A stretch of DNA of 64,000 bases from Octopus sinensis. Taxonomy: Eukaryota. The notes under the pieces are model-generated. The model was not told the DNA's origin. It saw nothing but the letters and a program-made list of their open reading frames with translations, and made no database searches. Positions 13,458 to 26,861 of this stretch are shown here, piece by piece; position 1 is the stretch's first letter, and each line of letters begins with the position of its first letter. The stretch covers positions 4,712,001 through 4,776,000 of the forward strand of contig NC_042998.1 in the NCBI RefSeq assembly GCF_006345805.1, read 5' to 3'. The position numbers and the translations under genes are program-made.

Positions 13458-14231
13458 ATGTATAATTACACTGTTGTAAATATGCTTTCTGGCGCTATTC
13501 ATTCGTGAAACCATAGATACTACTCAACTTTCAGGAGAGGATTTGAATCCGAATCCACTTAGCAATAACCCTAGTAATTTCTGTTGCACAACTGAACATC
13601 CTACCGCTTATAACAATATACCGCCAATACAAATATAAATTTTAGGCAAGACAGTAAACAATCTAATTTTACTCCCATCAGCATTCATAATGACTTCCAG
13701 TATTTGCATAGCTACATTCGCTCTTCCATAAAAGCATTCTACTATCTCACCTTGGTAAAGAATTGAACGCACATCGAGCGTAAATATCATTTTTCCTTGA
13801 TGAAGGAAACATTCTCTGTAAATGAATCTTAAGTTTCATTTGTTATTTGGACGAATGAACTCCAGAAACTATCGTTGGAATACTTTATTTTCTTCTAACA
13901 TGTAACCCCAAACTCTTTTTAATGTCAATTCGTTTCTCTGTACCTTATTTTAATATTTAAAAAGACGTCTCTATCTCTATTCCATTATTAATATGTTTAT
14001 ATATGAATATATTTATATGTCCATCTATATTTTTAGCATTTATATTTCTAATGTATCAAAACATGTTCCAGCTTGGATATTTATTACTTTTATCTTAATT
14101 AAATCCGTATATATATGTGTTAACCGTAGTTTGCCTGGCTTGAACTTTTCTATTATATCCATTATACTTATCTAACGCCTCAGGCTCGACTTGAGCACGT
14201 CTACGCTATCTATGTGTTTCAAGACAAATTA

Positions 14232-14302
<71 letters not shown>

Positions 14303-14375
14303 CATATAAGAATTTATTTTGTAATGAGATAAAAAACCAAGGCTGTTTAGATATTAGAACATTTATATATAGAAG

Positions 14376-14427
14376 GTCTTACAGATGTTTCCAGGATATT
14401 TATTATTTATATCCCTTCATCAGAGAC
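14376..14427 (-). ncRNA. Type I hammerhead ribozyme motif
   Basis: Minus strand GTCT-CTGATGA-AGGGATAT(loop)ATATCCTG-GAAA-CATCTG-TA-AGAC; the cassette abuts (TA)n ending near 14301. Confidence 0.75.
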
Positions 14428-14759
14428 GGTGTGTGAGGATGATTAGGTAATAGTTTGTTTAGATAGGATACAAAATAGAGAGTGGACTGGAGGAAAGAAA
14501 ATAGATGTAAGATATGTAGGGATATTGAAGTTGTAGATCCATTTGTTTTAGCCAGAATGGTATATATGTAAGATTCTAATATATATATATATGTATGTAT
14601 ATATATAATAAAAAGGGGGGCCGTTGGAATACTCATTTCAATAAGAGGGTTTGGAACCGCTGTTGGGAAGCAGTGTGAAAATGTTGGAAACCAGTGGGCT
14701 AGATGGACAGGCCAATATTAATCTGGAAAAAACGCAGTCCGTTATAGGTTTGTTCATTT

Positions 14760-14872
14760 ACAACTGGGTGGGTTGGAGCAACGTGAAATAAAGAACAGAG
14801 AACTTTATCAGTCTGAGAATCGAGACCACAATCTTGTGATCACGAGTGGAGCACCCTAATCACTAGGCCACA
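14760..14872 (-). mobile_element. tRNA-derived SINE head, decayed
   Basis: Minus strand TGGCCTAGTGATTAGGG...GGTCTCGATTCTCAGAC. Confidence 0.6.
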
Positions 14873-17800
14873 CACATCCACAATATAAGATATTGTTTAG
14901 TTTACAACAACCCATTTAGAAGTGTTCGATGTTACAATGCGCCATTTGAAGAAGATATGACAATGAGCTGCATTAGTTTAAGTAAATATTTTTATTGGCA
15001 CTTTCAAAAATAAGAAAAAAAGTCATTTACAATTTCATCAATGCAGAAATTCAAACTACCATTTTACCGACGTATAAATTTATATTATGATTTTATGGAA
15101 ATGTTGATATACTCACATTCAGTATATAAGGCTAGAAACATGTGTAAGATAATTGGCATTTTTGGTTCATAGCTCTAACTTGATGAAGGACAAAAATAAC
15201 ACTCGTTAGAATACATATTGTTGCTGATGGCCACAGTAGAAACGGTAAATTGTACTGTTAGTTTGTTGACCATACATCTTGTCAAGTCTCTCAAAAGTGT
15301 TTTGAATTCATTTGCATTAAATTCAGACAACCAGCCTACTTTAATTTGTTCCATGTCTTCGGGCCTTTATTCAAATTATTTTACTACTATTTAAATATGG
15401 AATATTTGTTATAAATCAATATTTAATTCAATTTATTAGAATGATTACAACAATGTTTTATTATAATGTTTAACACATTTTTTTATGTGTTCAAACTACA
15501 CTTCTGGATGATATCCTCGATAATGCCGTGTAAATATACCAGGAATCTAATTTTAGCTTTCTTGGTAAAATGAAATAATGCATAGAAATACCATTTTATG
15601 ATTATTTTGAAATATTTTCGGAATTCTGTAATTCTTTTCATCTAAATTTATAAGTTTAGGAAATATTTTCACTGAAAGAATAGACCAAAAATAAAATACT
15701 TTCATATTCTCTTTGCTACTTTGGTGTGTAATCTATTTTGCGTTTATTCTTTGAATAATTCATATTGTTTTCAAATTGATTTTAACTGTGTAAAATTGAA
15801 TTTATGTATTATTTTTATAAAATTCCTTAGAAGAAATATAATTTCCGTTACGTGAATTAGATTTAATTAAAATAACATCTTGAGATAATTATGTTGAATT
15901 TATTTTTAAAGTTTTTAGTGTTGCCGATATTAACAAACGACAACAAAATCTTCCTCACCTTCGAGCATCTAAAAGAGTTTACAAAACTGACTAATCACTA
16001 TGAGAATTTTTGTAGTTTTACTTCTTGTATCTAGCACCTATTTTCTATAAATAAATATTTTGATTATTTAATTTTAAAATGCATTTCTTTTCCAATATTA
16101 TTTTTACCGATTAAATATTTCCATAGTATGCGAACCGGTTGAATATACAGATTTTACCTATTAAGTCAAATGTTATACTTCGTTTCATTATTATTCTTCG
16201 AGTTACAGCCACTCATTCCTAGAACGTAATGATCAACTCCACTTCATTATATTTCTTCAGCACATATCAGATTACGCATATAATACGGCTTTTACCAAGA
16301 CTGTTTTATTCACTGTGCTATAATGTTCAGTGATATAATTATAATGTTTAACTGCAATCCATCCTTCATATTTTAATTATTGGATATTAGCTAAACGTTA
16401 TGTACTCGTTTCTTACTAAAGAGGATCACGCCATTAAATTTGTATTTGAGAACTGCAAGAGCAGATCTCGAATACACAAATAAATAAATATATTTGGTAA
16501 CTTATTGCCGTAATGCGATATGTTCTCAAATATTTAAAGAGAAGAGACTAAACGAAAGGTCGTGCATCATCCAAGGCTGCTTGCTGTATGCTACAACACA
16601 TCAGTAGAGAATCACAACTAACATGTGTTAATCAGTGAGGTTTTATAACATTGTTAGACATGTTAATGAAGTGACTGAAATCACCCTCGGCAATTTCTAT
16701 ATCATCGTTACTAAACATTAATTTACTATGCATTTAAGTTGCTCATATCAATTGAATAGCTAACACTATATCAAATTGACCGGAGCTGATTGAGTCTCTT
16801 CAATAGCATTTTCACAAACAGTACTATGGAAGTAATCAGTATGATTATTTCATCTTCAAGACCAATGTACCAGATAGAAGTCAATATCTGCTATTCTAAT
16901 TATTAATACTTGGCAAATACTAAATTTACTAGAGCAGGATAATACGATACTTTAATATGCCTTTATCACACATTTCCTCACAAGTTATGGTAGTATTTTC
17001 TTTTATTAAAGGGAGATACTCTGAGACCCATAAGATATTTGTTTTAACTCCTAAAATATTTAGGAGAAACCCCGAAGTAAGTATTAACGTCAGCAAGTCG
17101 ACGTTAATTTGTCTGAGGTAAATTCTGAATTTGTGATCCTGTATTTATAAAATTAGAACTGCCTATGAAATGGTATGAATACATTTTAACTTCCATAGTG
17201 CAAGATGGCTAGTTGGCAGAATACCATCTGTACTTCCACCTTGGTTAGCGTTGCCTTTCATCTTTCGGGGTCGATAAAATAAGGGCATGTCAAGTACTTA
17301 ACTTGTGTCAAAGGTATCTAAGAAAGCCCCTTTCTGCATTAGATTTGTTGACTTTTCGCTAAAATGTGCTACGAATATTTTCATATTTCAAAGTCGGTGT
17401 GCCTGCAGTATTCTTACAAAATTACTTGCGACATTTCTTCCGGCTGTGTGCGTCACACGCCACCGAAGTTGACATCGATATTTAACCTTTCGCAGTCAAT
17501 AAATGATTAACGGTTGTGTACAGAAGTACATGCAATCAGCCTCTCTATCCTCTTGAAATTGCGTGCTGCTTGCTAAATGGGAAAATTGCCTTCATAATAT
17601 ATAAATATTCGGTTTTTCATTAAGATAATTTAGTAACAGAAACGACTCAAAACATTTAACTGGATAAAATAAAAGCTTTCTTGTAAGAGATTTTAACTTA
17701 ATTCATTTGATTATGACCATATAGAGATTTTTATGTAGAAATACCCTTCTATATGAATCAATTTCAGCTGGTTTCCCTAGTCACTGGTATTAAAAGGATT

Positions 17801-18399
17801 ACTGAATTCAATGAAATATTTGTTTAGCAGCAATAATAATCCTGTTTTCATAAGATATACTACCTACATTACATATGTATAGGTAGATAGACTGGATTAC
17901 TAACAATTACATTGCTTTGGTATGGACAGCGTGAAGATAGTGTGACTTATAAAATATTGGCGAGCACTTCGTACACACATCAATCCGTGGCCAACTCCTG
18001 GTAGTAAAACTCAATAGTACCTCTTTAGATATTAGGTATTATCTGAATTCACTCATATATGGTACTGCTACTGCAAATTCAATAGAGTATTATTATTTTT
18101 TAATTGTGTGATGTAGAGAAAGTTGTTTTACTCATGGTTCATAGAGGCGTCCAGAAACAGATTAAAGCTACACAGTTGAATAACTGCATGATTATGGATA
18201 CAGGAACGGTCATTGAAAACAGCGTAGCGCGAAGAACCGATGGGTGAATTTTCCCTTCATAGAGTTGGTGCTGATTTGTGGTCATCCATATAAAATGCAA
18301 GTGGATGGGACTAGCGTCAGAAAAGAATGAAAATTGGTATTATCAGCATATGAGTGGCTGATTTTGGTCGTGATGGCATATAGTTAGAGAAAGTAGTAC

Positions 18400-18788
18400 T
18401 TATGGACGCACTCCATCGGTTACGACGACCAGGGTTCCGGTTGATCCGAATCAACGGAACAGCCTGCTCGTGAAATTAACGTGTAAGTGGCTGAGCACTC
18501 CACAGACACGTGTACCCTTAACGTAATTCTCGGGGATATTCAGCGTGACACAGAGAGTGACAAGGCCGGCCCTTTGAAATACAGGTACAACAAAAACAGG
18601 AAGTAAGAGTGAGAGAAAGTTGTGGTGAAGGAGTACAGCAGGGATCACCACCATCCCCTGCCGGAGCCTCGTGGAACTTTTAGGTGTTTTCGCTCAATAA
18701 ACACTCACAACGTCCGGTCTGGGAATCGAAACCACGATCCTATGACCTCGAGTCCGCTGCCCTAACCACTGGGCCATTGCGCCTACAC
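18400..18788 (-). mobile_element. SINE family A, full length
   Basis: Reverse complement of 24612-24997; flanked by AGA(A/C)AGTAGTAC target-site duplication. Confidence 0.9.
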
Positions 18789-19327
18789 AGACAGTAGTAC
18801 AAGACTATCCAGAAACAAGGTATGAACTACAATGCACTAGTAACAAAAAACAACAGAATGAGGACACAGCACATCTAACGGGAAGAAACTGGGGAGTAGT
18901 TCAAGCGAGTTTTTCCCTTCTTGTAAACTTCATTTGGATGTGCCATAAGATGTCTCCATATATAGCAATAGTATCGTCCTATTGGAGTATATCTAAACTC
19001 TGCATTAAATTAGTGATTATTTAGCTCTATAGAATGCTCTTACACGGCGTAGAAAAGCCATTATCTGTGACGTAACCTTCGCTATGCTGAGAAGGTGAAA
19101 CGACTATTGGTGATCATCAGTGATTGTAAGACGTAGTCTTTCTAGACGTTATAGTCGGCTCTATGTGTGTATGTGTGTGTGTGTAATACTTCCCTGCATA
19201 AGAACCACAGGAAATTAGAAACTTCAAACTAACAAGAAAATCTGTCTCAGTGAAAGTGACAAGCTTTTATGGTGATCACAGCGACAGACACACACACATA
19301 CATACATACATACATACATACATACAT

Positions 19328-19396
<69 letters not shown>

Positions 19397-19459
19397 CACA
19401 TATGTGTGTGTGTGATGCCTGTGTATAATTCATTATTATTTTATTTAGAGATATTAGAA

Positions 19460-19665
19460 AGGCAGCGAGCTGTTAGAATCGTTACGGCGCCGGGCAAAAT
19501 GCTTACTTCGTTTTTGCACTCTGAGTTCAAATTCCGACAAGGTCGATTTTTACCTTCTATCCATTCAGGATCGATGAAATAAGTACCAGCTGAGCACTGG
19601 GTTTGACGTAATCGATTTAACCCACCCCCCGAAATTGTTCACCATCAGCCAAATTTTGAAACTAA
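19460..19665 (+). mobile_element. SINE family C variant
   Basis: GGCAGCGAGCTGTTAGAATCGTT head and GAGTTCAAATTCCG B-box. Confidence 0.7.
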
Positions 19666-19881
19666 TTTACAGACACCCATCTACCTTGCTAGAGAATCGA
19701 ATGTTCTGAATTCTACAGCATGCAAGAATGAAATGGATGATTGAGGTAAGTTTTCTTTACTAGATAGAAAAAAAAGAAAATTTTTATATGCGATACTGAG
19801 TTTAACGTATGTAATAAAAAGTATTTATATTATATGCTTCCTACCCACCGGCATTGTGTACACTCTGTGACATATCTCCCC

Positions 19882-19922
<41 letters not shown>

Positions 19923-22788
19923 TTTAAGTGCGTGTGTACGTGAGCGCATCTGTATGTGTAGTATTTAGCCGTTCTAATTTCTTTCATTCTTAGAATGAAA
20001 GTTTAGTTAAAAAAAGAAAGAAAGCTTTCATTTTGAACGCTTATACACCTCTCTTTAAATCAGTCACTGAAAGAGACGCACTAAAACCACTGAATTATTT
20101 AAGAAGAATGTGTAAGAGGTTGTAACTGAATATTTTAAGCAACTTACGTTTTTATTGTGTTAATATTCTGATCATAAAGATTGAGCTATATAGAGATACT
20201 CTCAATATATTGTAAACCCTTTAAGAAATGAAAGACATTTATCAAGTATTAAATCTTCCACAATTCATCAATGGCCGTTATGTATCAACATGAACGTACA
20301 TACGTAAATACTAAGGAATATAATTAATAGAAATGCTGTTTATAAAACGGTTTAGAATTTATTTAATGCGCATAAACTGAAATATATTTTTCTAAACATA
20401 ATTATCACAAAATATATGAATCATATTATTTAGTGTTTGGCAACATAGATAGATCATTAATAAACATATGCTTACATCTACTTAAAATATGAGTTCAATT
20501 TCAGCTTGATATTGAATTTGCTTCATCTTTCTTGGGTTATATAATAAGCAAAATTCAAATTGATTAAACTGCTTCCCCAAACATCTTGAGCTTATATATA
20601 AGTTAGTTATCTTTGTTGTTATTGTCAATATGTAAGACAACATTATGAGAATTATATTTATTTAAATATACGGTTAAAAGCCCCAAAAAGAAATATCTTA
20701 AAGCAGACCGTTGTGAGAATGTAGCAAGAGAACAAAACAAATGTAATTTGTGTAACAACACATCACAAATTAAAAGAGCTGAAAAGACAAAGAAAAATAC
20801 TGAGAAAAATGATAAAGAAATGAATATTGTTTAAATTTTCATTGAAACATATTGACAACCTAGCAAGATTTGCCAATACTAATTTTGAAGTATCTCGAAT
20901 AATTATTTTAGTTTAATATATTTTTCTTTTGATTTCTCCCAGAGGAAAAATACAATATCATAATATACTCTTTTACAAAGAAATTATTGATAGTAAATAT
21001 TTACTTAGTCATTTATGAGAATATGAAAAGAAATAAAAAGAGTAAACTAAAAATAGGAAATATTAAAAATGCGACATAAAATTCTATTGAACCAAAAATA
21101 AAAATTATATTTTCTGAGTTATTTTACAACAAACATTTTATAAATGACAGATGAAGAATAACGCGTTGCAGAAAATGGCTGACACATATTTGATAAAGGA
21201 AAAAGAAAATATATTCATTTCATATATTTTTTATTCTTTTAAATAAATTTTATTTATATTTTTTCTCAAAGATCAAATAAAACAAAATAAGATAAATGTT
21301 AGAAAGATTAAAAGTTATTAAATTGTTTAGACAAGATAATTCCCCTTCATATCAAGGTTTGAAAATATGAAATTCAAAATAAAAAATGTACTTGTGAACA
21401 AACTGTAAACATGTAAAGAAGGGGAAAATAAATATAATACTAAAATAAAGGTATGTATACACAAAGTTCATTGATAACTGTACCACTCTTGCAACGATTT
21501 AATGCGTGGGATTATGAGTGTATGCATAAACATATGTATGTGCTCAGTTACATATACGCAATCACACTCACAAACAGACACACACACACAAACAAACACT
21601 CACACACATATGTACACATTCTCTTGTGTATGACTACACTTCATACACGCAAAACATGTCAGATACTTTTCAGATAGGAATCATACATGGAGATTACCGC
21701 GACTCGCCACTAACGTAGCGCGTCATAAGACGTTAGTGATTAATATGGAAACTCAGAGAGCAAAGCATAATCTCTCTTTTTACTATGCAATGTCGTTAAT
21801 ATACCATTGAATTTTACATTAGATAACGTAATTGTAGATTCTGGCTGTTCTAAACTAGCCTGCGTTATACCTAATAAATATTCTTGTATAGTATGTCAAC
21901 AGAAACGAAACATTTCTGCTGGTGTACTTTCGATAAATTATATGTATAGCGAAAGCCACGCGACTCACATTCGAATACACGCGGTGCTTATACTTTCCTC
22001 AATGGATATGCTTACTCACAAAGTGGATTCTTTTAGGATTTAGTGACTGGAGAACAAGCAGTTTAATCAGCGACCCGAGTTTACATCTTCAATTTAAAAT
22101 CCCTCCTAATAGATCACAGAGGCATTTATTTCAGTGAAACTTCATCTGCTTTAAATATGTTGAGCTCTAAATTTATTCGCAAATAAAGAACAAGCTATAA
22201 ATATGAAGACATGCCCCTTAATCCTCCTTCTAACCAATATACAAGCACCACCATGAAAGCTAAATATCTTGTGAGTTAGCAAGAAAGCAAAGACCATAGT
22301 GAAGCTAATGTACCAGAAGGCCTTCAGAAGAATACTCAGAAAAAACCTATAGGGAATTAATTGTGAAAACACCTCCATGAAAGATGATGATATGTAGAAT
22401 TGATGTTCAACTGAACTAATAGCCTAAACAATCTCTAAAGAATGTTTTGGAAGATTCTCCACAGACGATAAGCTGTACGCCATTTATTTATACAATATGC
22501 CTCATAGCAAATACTTTTCATTTTATGTAGACATAGTTAAGTGGTAACGAGTTTGCTTCCGAACCATATTGTTCCTGGTTCAGTTCCACTACGGGATACA
22601 TTGGGCAGGTATCTTCTACTATAGGTGCAGGATTGGCTGTGTGGTAAGTAGCCTGCTAACCAACCATATGGTTCCGGGTTCAGTCCCACTGCGTGGCATC
22701 TTGGGCAAGTGTCTTCTGCTATAGTCCCGGGCCGACCAATGCCTTGTGAGTGGATTTAGTAGACGGAAACTGAAAGAAGTCTGTCGTA

Positions 22789-22865
<77 letters not shown>

Positions 22866-23091
22866 GAAATATTAAACTTACTAAGTCTCTCTAAAAGAGA
22901 ACAGCGGCAGCGTTCCCGGAAAATAATAGTTATCGCCATACTAATATGGCATTCTTATAAAAATAAGAATAAAGCTGTCCGCTTATTAGCTCCATGAGGC
23001 CATCGCCTTAAGTTAGCTATTTGATACACAAACTGTATCCATATAACCTTCGAACAAGGGAGGTCAGTCGCTCCACACTACTTGACCGGCA

Positions 23092-23133
23092 GCTACAGAC
23101 GCGTTTCGGGGTATTGCCCCTTTTCAATGCAGC
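23092..23133 (-). ncRNA. Minimal type I hammerhead with U3:A8 core
   Basis: GCTGCA-TTGAAAA-GGGG caata CCCC-GAAA-CGCG-TC-TGTAGC. Confidence 0.75.
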
Positions 23134-23420
23134 GTAGCCAGCCAGTAGGTGGAGCTTCTGACAATCTCTGTTCGATGGTTTTATTTACCTAGTTTCGGTG
23201 GAATACATCCACTTGTTTTCAATAATAGAAATATTAAAATTACTAAGTCTCTCTAAAAGAGAACAGCGGCAGCGTTCCCGGAAAATAATAGTTATCGCCA
23301 AACTAACATGGCATTCTTATAAAAATAAGAATAAAGCTGTCCGCTTATTAGCTCCATGAGGCCATCGCCTTAAGTTAGCTATTTGAAACACAAACTGTAT
23401 CCATATAACCTTGGAACAAG

Positions 23421-23459
23421 GTATTGAAAAGGGGCAATACCCCGAAACGCGTCTGTAGC
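23421..23459 (+). ncRNA. Inverted copy of the same hammerhead, 5' strand of stem I truncated
   Basis: TTGAAAAGGGGCAATACCCCGAAACGCGTCTGTAGC starting at the inversion junction. Confidence 0.6.
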
Positions 23460-23625
23460 TGCTGGTCAAGTAGTGTGGAGCGACAGACCTCCCTTGTTCG
23501 AAGGTTATATGGATACAGTTTGTGTATCAAATAGCTAACTTAAGGCGATGGCCTCATGGAGCTAATAAGCGGACAGCTTTATTCTTATTTTTATAAGAAT
23601 GCCATATTAGTATGGCGATAACTAT

Positions 23626-23697
<72 letters not shown>

Positions 23698-24447
23698 GTG
23701 TGTGTTTGTGTGTTTGTGTTTGTCCCCCTAGCATTGCTTGACAATCGATGCTGGTGGGTTTACGTCCCCGTCAGTTAACGGTTCGGCAAAAGAGACCGAT
23801 ATAGAATAAGTACTGGCCTTACAAAGAATAAGTCCCGGGGTCGATTTGCTTGACTAAAAGCGGTGCTCCAGCATGGCCGCAGTCAAATGACTGAAACAAG
23901 TAAAAGACTAAAAGAATAAAGAGTATAACCGACCAAAACCTTATGAGTGAATTTAGTAGACGAAACTGAAAGAAGCTCACCATATCTATCTACGTATGCG
24001 TATGCCTGTGTATGTCTCTCCCCAACGCTTGACAACAGTTGTTTGAATTTTTATGATCCCGTAACTTAGCTATTTGAAATAAGAGGGCGATGGAATGAGT
24101 ACCATACTTAGAAACTGAAGAGCTAGGTTCAATTCATTCGACTAAAATGTCCCACCATGGCCACTGTCTAATGCCTGAGACAAGTAAGAGATATGTGTGT
24201 ATGTGTGTATATACTAAAGACCTGTAGGCACGTAGAATATTGTTATGCAATCATAACACACTATAAAGTATATTAAATGTTTTTATGAGTCAACACTATG
24301 ACTTACTGCATTAGCAGTGCTCTTCATATTATTTTGTAAAGTTTATTTCTATAAAAATTATAGCTAGCACTCATTTTTTGCTTCAACGTTTCGTATCGAG
24401 ACGCCAGATGCAAACAAACAATGAGATCGGAGTCAAAAGTGGGTAAC

Positions 24448-24494
24448 GAGTGTATATGCCATATTTCAGGATTTATGCCCCTTCATCAGCACTC
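24448..24494 (-). ncRNA. Type I hammerhead ribozyme motif with extended stem I
   Basis: GAGTG-CTGATGA-AGGG gcataaa TCCT-GAAA-TATG g CATA-TA-CACTC; flanks keep pairing out to 24417/24527. Confidence 0.8.
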
Positions 24495-24611
24495 ATGTAA
24501 CCCACATTTTCCTCCGAACACATTGTTCCTGTAGCCATCGCATACAACGGTGTAAATTATTGGATATGCCTATTTACATATTAAGCGTATTCCTGAGGCT
24601 GGTATGTAAAT

Positions 24612-24997
24612 GGAGGCGCAATGGTCTAGTGGTTAGGGCAACGGACTCGCGGTCTTAGGATCGTGGTTTCGATTCTCAGACCAGGCGTTGTGAGTGTTTA
24701 TTGAGCGAAAACACCTAAAGCTCCACGAGGCTCCGGCAGGGATGGTGGTGATCCCTGCAGTACTCTTTCACCACAACTTTCTCTCACTCTTACTTCCTGT
24801 TTCTGTTGTACCTGTATTTCAAAGGGCCGGCCTTGTCACTCTCTGTGTCACGCTGAATATCCCCTAGAACTACGTTAAGGGTACACGTGTCTGTGGAGTG
24901 CTCAGCCACTTACACGTTAATTTCACGAGCAGGCTGTTCCGTTGATCGGATCAACCGGAACCCTTATCGTCGTAAACGACGGAGGGCTAAAGAAGAA
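24612..24997 (+). mobile_element. SINE family A, full length
   Basis: tRNA-like head; perfect 11-bp TSD GGTATGTAAAT at 24601-24611 and 24998-25008. Confidence 0.92.
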
Positions 24998-25519
24998 GGT
25001 ATGTAAATATTAAAGATTAATATTTTCGCCAATGAATACTTAGTCATATCTATCGATTACTAATTTCTAAAGTGGAATCATCTTACTAAATTAAACCAGT
25101 GAGACAGCATGTTCTTGTTCAGCAATCATAAGCATTTTGTAATGTACTTTTAGACATTGGTTAAATGTTTAGATTTTAAAGTTTAAGATCTTGAATCGTA
25201 TATCCGCTCGCTGAGAATCGCCATAGCGTTAACTACCAGCAATTTTTTGTAACATTTAACCGGACCCTGTACCAAAATTTTAAGGAATATTAACGTTTAC
25301 TTATTCAATATTTGGGTGAGATTTATCTATTCATGTGTAGGTAACTTTGCTTTTTAACTTACCTGTGAAGCATTGGGATCAATGTAATCGATTGTCCCCC
25401 TCCCCCAGATTTCAGGCCTTGTGCCTATAGTTGAAAAGATTTTTCACACACTGCATACACCTGTGTTGTGCATTGGCTTATTTCCGAGTGCTCATAATTT
25501 GACCAAAGACACATGCACA

Positions 25520-25597
<78 letters not shown>

Positions 25598-25603
25598 ACA
25601 CAT

Positions 25604-25656
<53 letters not shown>

Positions 25657-26861
25657 CATTAACATAAATTTTTTTGAGAATATATATATATATATGTATA
25701 TATTTGTTGGGAATATATATATATTCAGGACGTGGTTACGAAGATTTGGAGTTCTTACTGGTTGTTTGTGTGAATGTGTGGGTGCATGTGTGTATGTGTG
25801 TGTATGTGTGTGTGTGTGCGTCTGTGTGTGAACGTGTATGTGATGAAAACGTTCCTATTGATATCTCGTCATTGTCTCAGAAGCATATTTTGAACACCAA
25901 ACTAATCTTCAACCTGAGCAGAGTTGCTTTGAACGAGATAATATTGGACGAGGATATACATAGGTAGGCAGGCACAACAGCACATTGCGAACAGATAAAG
26001 ATTCGTGGGGCTAGAACATATCTACCACATCAAATGTTCGCAAACAGGGAAGAAAATTGGAAAGATTTAAAATAGCTTCTAGCTATTTTGGCCTCTGTTA
26101 GTCAGTTGGTTCAGCCAAAGTGGCTGGGTTTTTTGTTGTTGTTTGGTACAATACCGATATCAGTTATTCCAGTCTTATATCCCTGTAGTAAAGCAGATAA
26201 GTCAGCATCCTGACGTCACGTTATCGGAATTCTGCAATATCAGTTTCCTCTACTGGATACTGCACGTTTTATAGCACGCATAATTGCTCAATTGGTCAAT
26301 ACTACATAATGGATATCCCATGCATTTTTAAACATATGTAATACATAACTTATTCTTCCATTTTCAGCGTATGTGTGTTGTGTGAATGTGTGTGTGTATG
26401 TGTTGCGTGTGTGTGTGTGTGTTTGTACTGTTGTCTGCGTCCATTACGCTTTATGGTTCGATAAAAGATCACAAAATTTTCTTCTTCTCTTTGTCGAATG
26501 ACATAATGCCAATATCTTAACATCAGATACACAAGAAGTAATTGATATGAAATAATTTGCCCGATAGCCAAACGTGAATCAGAGAATTTCTTAGATAAAC
26601 GTCCGACAATCGTAGTTTTATACTTCATTAAAGCATTGTTGTTAGGCTAATACTTTAGTCTTTAAAATAACATAAAATTGTAATTATACGATTCACATAT
26701 CTATGGAGATGTAAATAATAGCAAACACGCAAAGGATCAATTGTTTGCTTCGTTTCGACGCTTTTAACTTAGAAGCCAGTATTTCTAATAAATTTCTCTC
26801 TTGCTGCTTCAAATGAATATTAATATTTATTTACGTTGCTAAGGTGGTGAGCTGGTAGAAT

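Larger units (their letters stand above)
22861..23631 (-). mobile_element. Non-autonomous PLE/retrozyme-like cassette: 362-bp-period direct repeat plus inverted copy
   Basis: 22861-23059 recurs at 23223-23421; 23423-23631 is the reverse complement of 22920-23128; (TA)n on both sides; carries hammerhead motifs. Confidence 0.8.
22623..23923 (+). mobile_element. SINE family B interrupted in its internal (TA)n by a hammerhead cassette
   Basis: 5' half 22623-22787 and 3' half about 23695-23923 flank the 22861-23631 insert. Confidence 0.85.

Noticed and set aside
13608-13950. TLDVRSILY resembling a PLE RT motif next to the 14.4-kb hammerhead
   Set aside because: Single weak motif, lying 3' of the ribozyme cassette on that strand, with no other RT motifs.
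19060-19120. ACCTTC/GAAGGT hairpin followed by GAAAC
   Set aside because: No core heptamer in register and no convincing stem I or III.
19719-19751. Possible micro-exon CAG...GAG|GTAAGT
   Set aside because: Such sites occur by chance in 64 kb and no partner exons were identified; RNA-seq would be needed.
24612-24690. tRNA-like sequences here and at other SINE heads
   Set aside because: They continue into multi-copy SINE bodies with TSDs and lack a proper acceptor stem; not tRNA genes.
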